Shown here piece by piece: positions 28,126-36,088 of a DNA stretch of 64,000 nucleotides. The stretch is from NCBI GenBank assembly GCA_965230995.1, contig OZ246398.1:144227-208226 (forward strand), given 5' to 3'. The first letter of the stretch is position 1; every line of letters begins with the position of its first letter. The translations under genes and the position numbers were made by a program. Source of the stretch: an uncultured Candidatus Saccharibacteria bacterium (GTDB lineage: Bacteria; Patescibacteriota; Minisyncoccia; Phycocordibacterales; G965230995). The notes under the pieces are model-generated. The model had not been told where the DNA came from. It saw only the letters and a list, made by a program, of their open reading frames with translations, and ran no database searches.

Positions 28126-28447
28126 TACTCACAGCTTAACACTTCCCTAATCATTTCCTCAAGTAACTCTTGATTATCTATAAGCTCGTCCGGAACCTGC
28201 CAATAGTTCATATGCACAGTCTTCCCATTAGACTTTTTATAATCGAATTTTCTCCAGCCAAGTGACGTGAGTTTTTTGCCACCTTTCCTTTTGCTTTTAA
28301 ATACAGTTGATTACCAATAATTGCCGAAAATGGAATTTTGTTCGAATAAATACACCAACCACTCATCATCGGCCTAGAAGAAATATCTGGGAGCCTGTTC
28401 ATGAGATCATAGACAATAAAATCGTGGTAGGAAGTGTCTTTTTTCAT
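28126..28447 (-). pseudogene. TfoX N-terminal-domain protein interrupted by a 1-nt frameshift in an A6/T6 homopolymer
   Basis: frame A gives ...PMMSGWCIYSNKIPFSAIIGNQLYLKAKGK; frame B continues ...KFDYKKSNGKTVHMNYWQVPDELIDNQELLEEMIREVL; together a full TfoX_N-like domain; junction at T6 run 28271-28276. Confidence 0.5.
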
Positions 28448-28453
28448 ACTAGA

Positions 28454-28915
28454 TTATTTTGATATATTCTTCTCCCATTCAGAAACAATTTCTAGCGAAG
28501 CATTTTCAAATTCTGGTATCTGAACAATTTCAATTTTTCTCAAAAAAGTATCTACCACATCAGAAGTCTTGTAATTTCCTCCATAATATTCTGCGGACAC
28601 TTTTTCTTTACCGCATGCATAAACTATTTTTGAAACACTTGCCCACATTGATGCTGTTAAACACATCATACATGGCTCGAGCGAAGAGTATATGATTGCC
28701 CCTTCCAAAATTTTACTATTAGTGTTTTTACACGCCCCACGTATTGCGTCTACCTCTCCATGGCTTGTTGGGTCGTGAATAATATTTCCAATACTTACAC
28801 CTTTTGAGATAATTTTCCCTTCTTTAACAATTATTGTTCCAGCAGGAAAACCTCCCTGGCTAACAGATTCTTTTGCTTGATTTATTGCCTGAATGAGAAA
28901 ATCTTTGTCATCCAT
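28454..28915 (-). CDS. CMP/dCMP-type nucleoside deaminase (TadA/guanine-deaminase-like)
   Basis: zinc motifs HGEVDAI and EPCMMC. Confidence 0.75.
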   Translation of the reverse strand: MDDKDFLIQAINQAKESVSQGGFPAGTIIVKEGKIISKGVSIGNIIHDPTSHGEVDAIRGACKNTNSKILEGAIIYSSLEPCMMCLTASMWASVSKIVYACGKEKVSAEYYGGNYKTSDVVDTFLRKIEIVQIPEFENASLEIVSEWEKNISK

Positions 28916-28930
28916 AACGAATGTTTTAAT

Positions 28931-29047
28931 CTAAAAGGAATTTTTGCCTTAGTGCCGGGATTCGAACATTACATGTTCAGTACCCCGATTGGATTTTTCT
29001 GTTCGTTTCACTCCAGAAAAATGCTCAATCGGGCTTCGAATCCCTGA
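28931..29047. repeat. tRNA-linked repeat element copy 2: duplicated 3' end of tRNA-Pro plus flank + 62-nt conserved hairpin + inverted T-arm copy
   Basis: 28931-28967 is a direct imperfect repeat of 29091-29127 (terminator flank plus last 16 nt of tRNA-Pro); 28978-29039 identical to copy 1; 29031-29046 is an inverted near-copy of the tRNA-Pro T-arm. Confidence 0.6.
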
Positions 29048-29105
29048 CAAACAGTATGTTTATACTGTTTGTCCACTCCTCCAAAATTTCCTAAAGGAAT
29101 TTTTG

Positions 29106-29178
29106 TCGGAGTGCCGGGATTCGAACCCGGAGTCGCTCGCTCCCAAAGCGAGAATGTTAGCCGTTACACCACACTCCG
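29106..29178 (-). tRNA. tRNA-Pro (anticodon TGG)
   Basis: minus-strand cggagtgtggtgtaacggctaacattctcgctttgggagcgagcgactccgggttcgaatcccggcactccga; anticodon loop tttggga. Confidence 0.8.
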
Positions 29179-29225
29179 ATATAACGTGGCTATCATAGCA
29201 TAAAAAAATGATATGTACACCCTCG

Positions 29226-29600
29226 CTAGGAATTAATAACGGGAATCATTTCTACTTTTGCTTTTTTCTGAACTGATGAGTATTTTACTGTCACAAGAAA
29301 TACTCCCCACTCCCCTTTTATGTTTCTTTGAGAAATATAAATATCTATTATCCTATAGAACTTTCGTAATTTATCACTATGCAAATTTTCTTCCGGTCTG
29401 AAACCAAAATCAGAATCAATATTTGTCCGAGAAACACTTTTTACCTCACAAAAATAGATTTTGCCATTTTTTTCAGCAACGATGTCTATTTCACCTAAAA
29501 AATGTCTAAAATTTCTTTCGATAATCTTAAAGCTATTCTTCTCTAAATATCTTCCAGCAATTTCCTCCCCTATTTTTCCAATTTCATTATGTCTGGCCAT
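29226..29600 (-). CDS. YraN-family (UPF0102) endonuclease
   Basis: 124 aa; GEIDIVA ... FCEVK motif typical of YraN. Confidence 0.75.
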   Translation of the reverse strand: MARHNEIGKIGEEIAGRYLEKNSFKIIERNFRHFLGEIDIVAEKNGKIYFCEVKSVSRTNIDSDFGFRPEENLHSDKLRKFYRIIDIYISQRNIKGEWGVFLVTVKYSSVQKKAKVEMIPVINS

Positions 29601-29661
29601 TTTTACTAATTATACGCCAAAAAGACACTTTTTGTCCTTGTTATACACACTATCCCCATAG

Positions 29662-29702
29662 TTATCCACAGTTTGGGGACAAAAGTCCTATATTATCCAC
29701 AC
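29662..29702 (+). promoter_or_regulatory. pair of perfect DnaA boxes (TTATCCACA x2, same orientation, 32 bp apart) in the yraN upstream region
   Basis: exact 9-mers at 29662-29670 and 29694-29702; a 2-mismatch variant tgttatacaca lies about 20 nt upstream. Confidence 0.45.
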
Positions 29703-29892
29703 CTTTGTCCAGTCTTTAATATAAAAAACAATACCTGTAACATCTTTTATGAGCCAAAATTAATATTGCCCGTTAGGTAAAGTAGTCTCTGGTGTTTATA
29801 AAAAAGTCTTTTGGCTTTTAATGCTCTACCTACAGCAAGTCTGAAAACAAAGAACCTCGATACACATTTGTGTCGAGGTTCTTTGTTTCTTG

Positions 29893-29963
29893 TGCGGATA
29901 GGGAGAATCGAACTCCCATCTGCCCCATGGCAAGGGGCCATTTTACCACTAAACTATATCCGC
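29893..29963 (-). tRNA. tRNA-Gly (anticodon GCC)
   Basis: minus-strand gcggatatagtttagtggtaaaatggccccttgccatggggcagatgggagttcgattctccctatccgca; strong hairpin terminator at 29850-29885. Confidence 0.85.
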
Positions 29964-30065
29964 GATTTGCCTAATTGTATATGAATGTTCATTAAAATCA
30001 AGTTTATCAATCTGTTCGTTGATTAATTGTAAAAATAATGTATTATTACGTCACATAGCCATAAT

Positions 30066-30140
30066 GCTCCCGTGGTGAAATGGATATCACATCGGTCTTC
30101 GGAACCGCTGTTCTGGGTTCGAGTCCTGGCGGGAGCACCA
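30066..30140 (+). tRNA. tRNA-Arg (anticodon TCG), CCA encoded
   Basis: gctcccgtggtgaaatggatatcacatcggtcttcggaaccgctgttctgggttcgagtcctggcgggagcacca; acceptor gctcccg/cgggagc; one U-C mismatch at the top of the anticodon stem. Confidence 0.65.
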
Positions 30141-30305
30141 GAAAGGAAATTGCAAGTCGGAGCTCGCCGCCTAAAACCACAAAAGAGCCCGGGGGAATAT
30201 CGGTGCGAACAATGTTTTGAATTGAGGGGGAAAAAAAATTTTTAATCCAATACGGAAACTCAGAAAAGACCCTAAAATATCGGCTTTTTTTGTTTGCCGC
30301 TTACA

Positions 30306-30334
30306 CTTGACTTCAAGGTATATATATGATATGC
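30306..30334 (+). promoter_or_regulatory. sigma70-like promoter for the GC-rich small ORF
   Basis: TTGACT - 17 nt - TATGCT. Confidence 0.45.
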
Positions 30335-30423
30335 TATTGGTGTCGTCGGAATTCCAAAAACCCGCTGACCTTGACGGTATCGTGCCGTCTAGAACATCAC
30401 ATCCCGAAGAAGGAGCGTTATTC

Positions 30424-30576
30424 ATGAAAAAAAATCTGGTGCTCGTCGGCAAGGCCGTCGCGCTCATCTGTTCGGTCGCGGGTCTGTATTTCACCGCGAT
30501 GGGGCAGCACGAGGCCTCATCGATCGCGTGGAACAGTGCCGCTATCGCACTATGGGCCGTTTCGTTCGCCGCGTAG
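30424..30576 (+). CDS. small two-helix membrane peptide (50 aa) in a ~60% GC islet
   Basis: RBS GAAGGAG 8 nt upstream; MKKNLVLVGKAVALICSVAGLYFTAMGQHEASSIAWNSAAIALWAVSFAA; composition sharply different from flanks. Confidence 0.4.
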   Translation: MKKNLVLVGKAVALICSVAGLYFTAMGQHEASSIAWNSAAIALWAVSFAA

Positions 30577-30655
30577 CGTCGCTCGTCACACGGCCCCATC
30601 ACCGCGCTATTCTCCGGAGTAGTGCGGCTTTTCTTTTTTATTTAGGATTAAAAAA

Positions 30656-31669
30656 TCATCTCTCCATTTTCTTTAGCAGTTCCAAATATAGGTCTTCTAC
30701 TATTTTTTTCTGCTCCTCCCCTGATTTTGCATAGTGATCTAATCCAGGAGAAGAATTAATCTCCAACACATAATATTCATTGGGTTTTTCTGTAATATCT
30801 CCATTTACCATAATATCTACACCGCAAATTCTGAGACCCATCCCCTTTGTAATATTAATCGCTATATCCTTGAAATCTTGGTTGATTTCACGTGTAACAT
30901 CGACGCTCTCCCCTCCTGTCGATAGATTTGCATTGTCCAAAAGAAAGACTTTCTCACCAGATCGCAAAACATCTGACATTTTTAAACCAAGTCTATTTAA
31001 TTTGTTTGATATTCTAATATCATTCAAATCAATAATATTTCCTTTGCCCTGCTTTTTAAAAAACTCCTTTTTATTCTTTACTAGGCTTTCTATATCAAAA
31101 ACACCATCTCCGATAACAGAAAAAGGTTCTCTGGTATAGGCGGAAATGACTTTGTCGTCGAGAACAACAATTCTGCAATCCACGCCAGAAACAACGCTTT
31201 GGACTAATATTATCCTGTCATATTGAAATATTTCCTCCCCTGCTTTGTAGAATTCGTCTTTATTCGAAACAAAAAACACACCCTTGCCCTGACTTCCACT
31301 ATTTGGCTTCACAATTACTGGAAATCCTATTGATTCTGCATATTTATAGGCATTATCTAATTTTCTATCATACACCCCTATTATTTCCGACCATTCGTCC
31401 GAGAAAAAAGTCTTGCTATTTGGGACAACAGGAAAACCAAGCTGTTTTAAAAAGAAATTTGTGTAATCTTTGTCGACAGCAATTTTTACCGAGCCCGCGT
31501 GGTTTAGATCAAAAGAATTATATTTAAAATATGAAAAAAGACCGCTTTTCCATTTTATTCTTCCGCAAACTCCCCACTCTGGTTCAATCAAAACCTCTGC
31601 CCCTATTTTGGAAGCAAGTTTTTTAATCAGATCTCGCGAAGTTAGTGGATAGTATTCTTTTTCGTTCAT
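30656..31669 (-). CDS. ATP-grasp domain protein (RimK/cyanophycin-synthetase-like ligase)
   Basis: ATP-grasp blocks FPVIVKPNSGSQGKGV and EINSSPGL; start ambiguous (MNEKEY chosen; the longer N-terminus is encoded by a palindromic motif). Confidence 0.6.
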   Translation of the reverse strand: MNEKEYYPLTSRDLIKKLASKIGAEVLIEPEWGVCGRIKWKSGLFSYFKYNSFDLNHAGSVKIAVDKDYTNFFLKQLGFPVVPNSKTFFSDEWSEIIGVYDRKLDNAYKYAESIGFPVIVKPNSGSQGKGVFFVSNKDEFYKAGEEIFQYDRIILVQSVVSGVDCRIVVLDDKVISAYTREPFSVIGDGVFDIESLVKNKKEFFKKQGKGNIIDLNDIRISNKLNRLGLKMSDVLRSGEKVFLLDNANLSTGGESVDVTREINQDFKDIAINITKGMGLRICGVDIMVNGDITEKPNEYYVLEINSSPGLDHYAKSGEEQKKIVEDLYLELLKKMER

Positions 31670-31742
31670 TTGCGTATTATACACATAATCAAAGAAAATG
31701 TTTCGCGTGTAACATTCCATAAAATGATATATAATTATCAAA

Positions 31743-33230
31743 ATGAAAAAAGCCTCAATTGACCCAAAAACCTTTAATATTCCGGAGGTTGTTTCGCGTG
31801 TAACATCTGTTTTACAAGATAATGGCTATGAAGCCTATATTGTCGGCGGTTGTGTTCGTGACCTTTTCCTTGGAAAAACGCCTAAAGATTGGGATATAAC
31901 AACAAATGCCACTCCTGAACAGATTATTTCCCTATATCCAGAAACATTTTACGAAAATTCTTTTGGAACGGTTGGTGTCGTGACAGAATCAGAAGAGCCT
32001 ACACTAAAGGTTATCGAAATAACCACATATCGAATAGAATCGGGCTACAGCGACAAAAGAAGACCTGACAATGTATCTTTTAGTGTAAACATACACGACG
32101 ACCTAATGAGACGCGATTTTACGATAAACGCAATGGCTTTTGATCCGAAGTCCGGGACTCTCATTGATTCCTTTGGCGGAATTGAAGATTTACACAAAAA
32201 ACAAATAAAAACAGTTGGAAATCCCGAGGATAGGTTCAACGAAGATGGTCTACGGATATTGCGTGCGATACGACTTAGCTCTGAACTTGGTTTTGATATC
32301 GAAGAAAAAACAGAAAAAGCCATAAAGGACAATTCTTCCCTACTCAATCATATTTCTGCAGAAAGAATCCGCGATGAATTCATAAAAGTCATTTCTTCAC
32401 AGAACGCTCTGCAAGGTATTGTAAACAGTCACAGATTAGGTGTTCTGTCCTTTATAATCCCAGAATTAGAAGAAGGAATTGGTGTGGAACAAACTGCTAC
32501 ACACGCTTATGATGTATGGACACACCTATTAAAAAGCCTAGAACATTCAATAAACAAAGAATATCCGTTACACGTGAAACTGGCTGCCTTGTTACACGAT
32601 ATAGGAAAGCCACGTTCAAGGAGATTTTCAACAGGTAAAGAAAAATATACCTTCTACGGTCACGAAGTTTCAGGGGCTAAAATAGCCAAAAGCATACTAG
32701 AAAGGCTTAAATTTCCAAAAGAAACGGTAGAAAAAGTAACAAAATTGGTTAGATGGCATATGTTTTTCTCGGATACCGAACAAATTACATTGTCTGCAGT
32801 AAGAAGAATGATAGTAAATGTAGGAAGTGATCTAGTCTGGGATTTAATGAACGTTAGAATATGTGACAGAATTGGAACAGGAAGACCAAAGGAAAACCCT
32901 TACAGATTAAGAAAATACAAAGCAATGGTTGAAGAAGCTCTACGAGACCCTATTTCTGTCCAGATGTTAAATATCGATGGTAAAAGGATTATGGATGTTA
33001 CACGTGAAAACCCTGGACCAAAGATTGGCTATATTTTAAATGCCCTACTTGAAGAGGTTTTGGACAATCCAACCCTAAATACAGCCGAATATCTAGAAAA
33101 AAGAACACTGGAGCTGTCAAAATTAGATGAAAAAGAGCTTAGAAAGATTTCAGATAAAGGAAAAGAAAAGAAAGACGAAGAAGAAAAGAAAGAACTAAAA
33201 AAGATTCACGCGAAACATAAAGTAGATTAG
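31743..33230 (+). CDS. cca: CCA-adding tRNA nucleotidyltransferase with C-terminal HD domain
   Basis: GGCVRDLFLGKTPKDWDITT Pol-beta NTase motif; HD domain LLHDIGK. Confidence 0.85.
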   Translation: MKKASIDPKTFNIPEVVSRVTSVLQDNGYEAYIVGGCVRDLFLGKTPKDWDITTNATPEQIISLYPETFYENSFGTVGVVTESEEPTLKVIEITTYRIESGYSDKRRPDNVSFSVNIHDDLMRRDFTINAMAFDPKSGTLIDSFGGIEDLHKKQIKTVGNPEDRFNEDGLRILRAIRLSSELGFDIEEKTEKAIKDNSSLLNHISAERIRDEFIKVISSQNALQGIVNSHRLGVLSFIIPELEEGIGVEQTATHAYDVWTHLLKSLEHSINKEYPLHVKLAALLHDIGKPRSRRFSTGKEKYTFYGHEVSGAKIAKSILERLKFPKETVEKVTKLVRWHMFFSDTEQITLSAVRRMIVNVGSDLVWDLMNVRICDRIGTGRPKENPYRLRKYKAMVEEALRDPISVQMLNIDGKRIMDVTRENPGPKIGYILNALLEEVLDNPTLNTAEYLEKRTLELSKLDEKELRKISDKGKEKKDEEEKKELKKIHAKHKVD

Positions 33231-33261
33231 TTACACGCGAAACATAGATAATACTACAAAA

Positions 33262-33292
33262 CACAAAAACGGCTTTATAAAGCCGTTTTTGT
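33262..33292. terminator. bidirectional terminator
   Basis: aaaaacggcttt ataa agccgtttttgtg. Confidence 0.55.
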
Positions 33293-33355
33293 GTTTTTGT
33301 TCCACGTGTAACACTGTATTTTGTTTCTTGTGAAACATTTTATTGTATAAAAAGG

Positions 33356-33555
33356 TAGGGGCGGAGAGTAAACGGTACTCTACTACGCCCCTTTCTGTGG
33401 TTGGGTGGTACGAGGTGGCATTACTGCCGGTACCCACCATTTCGAAGCCTGGAAAGACGACAGCCAATCGCCCGCCGGATCGCTTCGAGGTTAGGTTATT
33501 TGACACTGGTTGTCAAAATTAACCTTCGCAAGGAACTAAGTCCACAAACACAGAG
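33356..33555 (+). ncRNA. GC-rich structured RNA-like segment of unknown identity (possible upstream part of an ssrA precursor)
   Basis: TATAAA -10-like box at 33346; nested GC helices (aggggcg...cgcccct; ttcgaagc...gcttcga); contains ...ggtacccACCA at 33430-33440; no credible ORF. Confidence 0.3.
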
Positions 33556-33840
33556 GGGGTATGATTCAGTTCGATACGGACAACGAGTGGAGAGTCTGTG
33601 TAGTGGACGAGAATAAAATATCATAATGTATCATTTATGTCAACAAAAAACCGCGCCTCACAAATTGGTACGCTGGTCGGACGAAAACTAGCGAAACAAT
33701 GCGATTTGACGCGGTGTATATCATTCTGCTGTTGCTGTGGAGTATATGCAACAGACAGAAAGACAGCGTATGTAAGAACCTGGCCAGGCCCTCTATGCTA
33801 AGGAACTAATTCTTTGAACATTCAGCCGGTTTTTGTCTTT
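33556..33840 (+). ncRNA. ssrA: tmRNA-like RNA (ssrA candidate): canonical 5' tRNA-like domain, 3' boundary and tag unresolved
   Basis: GGGGGTATGATTCAGTTCGATACGGAC matches the tmRNA 5' consensus GGGGnnGATTCnGGATTCGAnnGG; downstream GTCGGACGAAAACTAGCG resembles the resume region; no TTCGA T-loop or CCA acceptor found downstream. Confidence 0.4.
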
Positions 33841-33945
33841 TATCTTCTCGACTACCACCAACTGATCTGTTGTCCATTATAGCAACATATAAAGGACACG
33901 CAAATAAAAGTTGTGGATAAGTGTCCTTTAAGGTGTAAAGGACAA

Positions 33946-34716
33946 TTATAAATTAATATCGAGCGAAATAGGGCAGTGGTCGGATCCTGTTATATCTGTG
34001 TGTATTTCAGCGCTTTTTACTTTTGGAATAATCTCTTTGTTTATAAAAAAATAGTCAATTCTCCAGCCAACATTTCTCTCTCTTGCACTGGTTTTTGTAT
34101 CCCAATATGAATAAACATTTTTCTTTTCTGTATTTAAAAATCTCCAAATATCTACATAACCATTTGAAATGACCTCGTCGATCCATGCCCTCTCGATAGG
34201 GAGAAAACCTGTACTTTCCATATTTTCTTTTGGTCTTGCAAGGTCAATTTCTGTATGTGCAGTATTTACATCACCACAAAATATGACGTTTTTGCCTTGT
34301 TTCTTGAAAAAATTCATTTTTTCAAGAAATGCCTTATAAAATCTAAGTTTGTAATCTAACCTGACAGGACCACCGCCCCCGTTTGGAAAATAGGCGTTAA
34401 CTACAATGTATTTTCCAAAATCGACAATTAGAGTACGGCCTTCCTTATCAAATTCTTCAATTCCGAGACCTTCATATACCTTTTCTGGCTTGATTTTTGT
34501 ATAGATAGCGACACCACTGTAGCCTTTTTTCTCTTTAGAATGGTCAAAATATGCAAAAAAACCGAGGGGATTACGCACTTCTTCGGGCATTTGATCTGGA
34601 TGTGCCTTTGTTTCTTGTAAACAAAAAATGTCTGGCGAATCGCTTATTAGCCAGTTCCAGGCCCCTTTTTTGTAATTAGCTCTCACTCCGTTTACATTCC
34701 AAGAAACAATTCTCAT
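33946..34716 (-). CDS. xth: exodeoxyribonuclease III
   Basis: 256 aa; MRIVSWNVNG start and EEP-family catalytic blocks. Confidence 0.9.
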   Translation of the reverse strand: MRIVSWNVNGVRANYKKGAWNWLISDSPDIFCLQETKAHPDQMPEEVRNPLGFFAYFDHSKEKKGYSGVAIYTKIKPEKVYEGLGIEEFDKEGRTLIVDFGKYIVVNAYFPNGGGGPVRLDYKLRFYKAFLEKMNFFKKQGKNVIFCGDVNTAHTEIDLARPKENMESTGFLPIERAWIDEVISNGYVDIWRFLNTEKKNVYSYWDTKTSARERNVGWRIDYFFINKEIIPKVKSAEIHTDITGSDHCPISLDINL

Positions 34717-34774
34717 ATTATTATCATAGCATAAATGGTGCGGGGGCCGGATTTGTTAGATCTCGGCCCCCAAA

Positions 34775-35035
34775 TCACCTGCAAAGAGCCAGCGCCCGAG
34801 TCACGAGCGAATCATCTTGCTTGCCGAGAGGTCGAGGCAAACTCAAGAGTTCCTGCCTTCGGGCCAAAATCGTTTCTCTGGCCCTGCTCTGAAAACCCTT
34901 GAAATATCGTCCGCCCCTGTTCTCGGCGTACAAAAGGAGTCTTTCTAGCTTGGAGAGCAAATCACCCTCTTCGGCAAGAATCGCATCGATTGGGTTATCC
35001 ATATGACCTCCTTGTGTGGAAGTGAAAGAACCCAC
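34775..35035 (-). CDS. hypothetical small protein (75-86 aa) in a ~60% GC islet
   Basis: strong AAGGAGGT site just upstream of the internal Met at 35002; GC-rich hairpin gggggccg...cggccccc downstream; start ambiguous. Confidence 0.35.
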   Translation of the reverse strand: MGSFTSTQGGHMDNPIDAILAEEGDLLSKLERLLLYAENRGGRYFKGFQSRARETILARRQELLSLPRPLGKQDDSLVTRALALCR

Positions 35036-35094
35036 TTACATTTATTGTACCATATATATTTGAAACATCTTCTTTCTGGTGTACTATTCATATT

Positions 35095-36045
35095 ATGGAA
35101 TTTTTTAAAAAAACTATCGAAACAATAAAGGAAGGGGAGAGACAAAGTAAAATAATCGTTCTACTTTGTCTAATGATATTTGTGATTTCTGGTCTTTCTG
35201 TAAATAATGAAATCCGTGCAAGAAGAGTTATTTCGGAACTAGAAAAACAAAATCTATCACTCGGAGAAATAAAATCTGATTTATCTTCAACTACTACAAA
35301 ACTTGGACTTGCAATATCAAATTCTCATCTTTCACTTTCTGAAGAATTAACAAAAGAAAAAGAAAAGGCAAGTGTTCTAGAAAACAAATTGGGAACATTC
35401 GAGGAAAAAGTAGGGACTATATCTGGTACTGTTACAACTTTGGAAAAATTGAGCAAAACAGATCCAGAACTTTTGCAAAAATATTCAAAAGTATTTTTTC
35501 TAAACGAACATTACGCACCTGAAAGACTTGTACAAATTGAAGAGCAATACGAATATTCTAAAACCAAGACAAATAAAATTCACGCTGGAGTTTGGCCTAA
35601 TCTACTCAGACTACTCGTACAATCAAAAATCGATGGAGTAGATATTTTTATTCTCTCAGCATTTAGATCTTTTGAAGAACAAAAGAGTCTCAAGGGACAA
35701 TATTCTGTTACATACGGAGCGGGAACTGCAAATCAATTTTCTGCTGATCAAGGATATTCTGAACACCAGCTAGGGACTGCTGTAGATTTTATGACAACTG
35801 GAATAGGTGGTTCTCTAACGACTGCTTTCGACAAAACAAAAGCATACGAGTGGCTGACAAATAATGCATATCGATATGGTTTTACACTTTCATATCCAAA
35901 AGGTAATTCATACTATGTTTACGAACCATGGCACTGGAGATTTGTCGGAGTGTCTCTTGCAACATATCTGCATAATAACCAAAAGAATTTTTACGATATG
36001 GACCAAAGAGATATCGATACATATTTAGTTAGTATGTTTGATTAA
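35095..36045 (+). CDS. peptidase M15B (VanY-like D,D-carboxypeptidase) with N-terminal anchor and coiled coil
   Basis: SEHQLGTAVD and EPWHWRF zinc-binding motifs. Confidence 0.75.
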   Translation: MEFFKKTIETIKEGERQSKIIVLLCLMIFVISGLSVNNEIRARRVISELEKQNLSLGEIKSDLSSTTTKLGLAISNSHLSLSEELTKEKEKASVLENKLGTFEEKVGTISGTVTTLEKLSKTDPELLQKYSKVFFLNEHYAPERLVQIEEQYEYSKTKTNKIHAGVWPNLLRLLVQSKIDGVDIFILSAFRSFEEQKSLKGQYSVTYGAGTANQFSADQGYSEHQLGTAVDFMTTGIGGSLTTAFDKTKAYEWLTNNAYRYGFTLSYPKGNSYYVYEPWHWRFVGVSLATYLHNNQKNFYDMDQRDIDTYLVSMFD

Positions 36046-36049
36046 ATAA

Positions 36050-36085
36050 CAAAACAGCCCCGCGCGAAGCGCGGGGCTGTTTTTG
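36050..36085. terminator. bidirectional terminator
   Basis: aaaacagccccgcgc gaa gcgcggggctgtttttg. Confidence 0.6.
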
Positions 36086-36088
36086 TAA

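Noticed and set aside
29747-29941. 64-aa minus-strand ORF
   Set aside because: It overlaps the tRNA-Gly(GCC) gene and its terminator.
33231-33506. 91-aa minus-strand ORF
   Set aside because: It spans the cca terminator and the GC-rich structured non-coding segment upstream of the tmRNA-like domain, with no RBS; the region is more likely RNA.
33340-33560. reading the upstream GC-rich segment as the acceptor piece of a permuted two-piece tmRNA, pairing ...GGTACCCACCA with the GGGGGTAT 5' end
   Set aside because: The putative acceptor strands are not complementary over 7 bp and no TTCGA-type T-loop precedes the ACCA, so the idea is kept only as a hypothesis in findings, not as a feature call.
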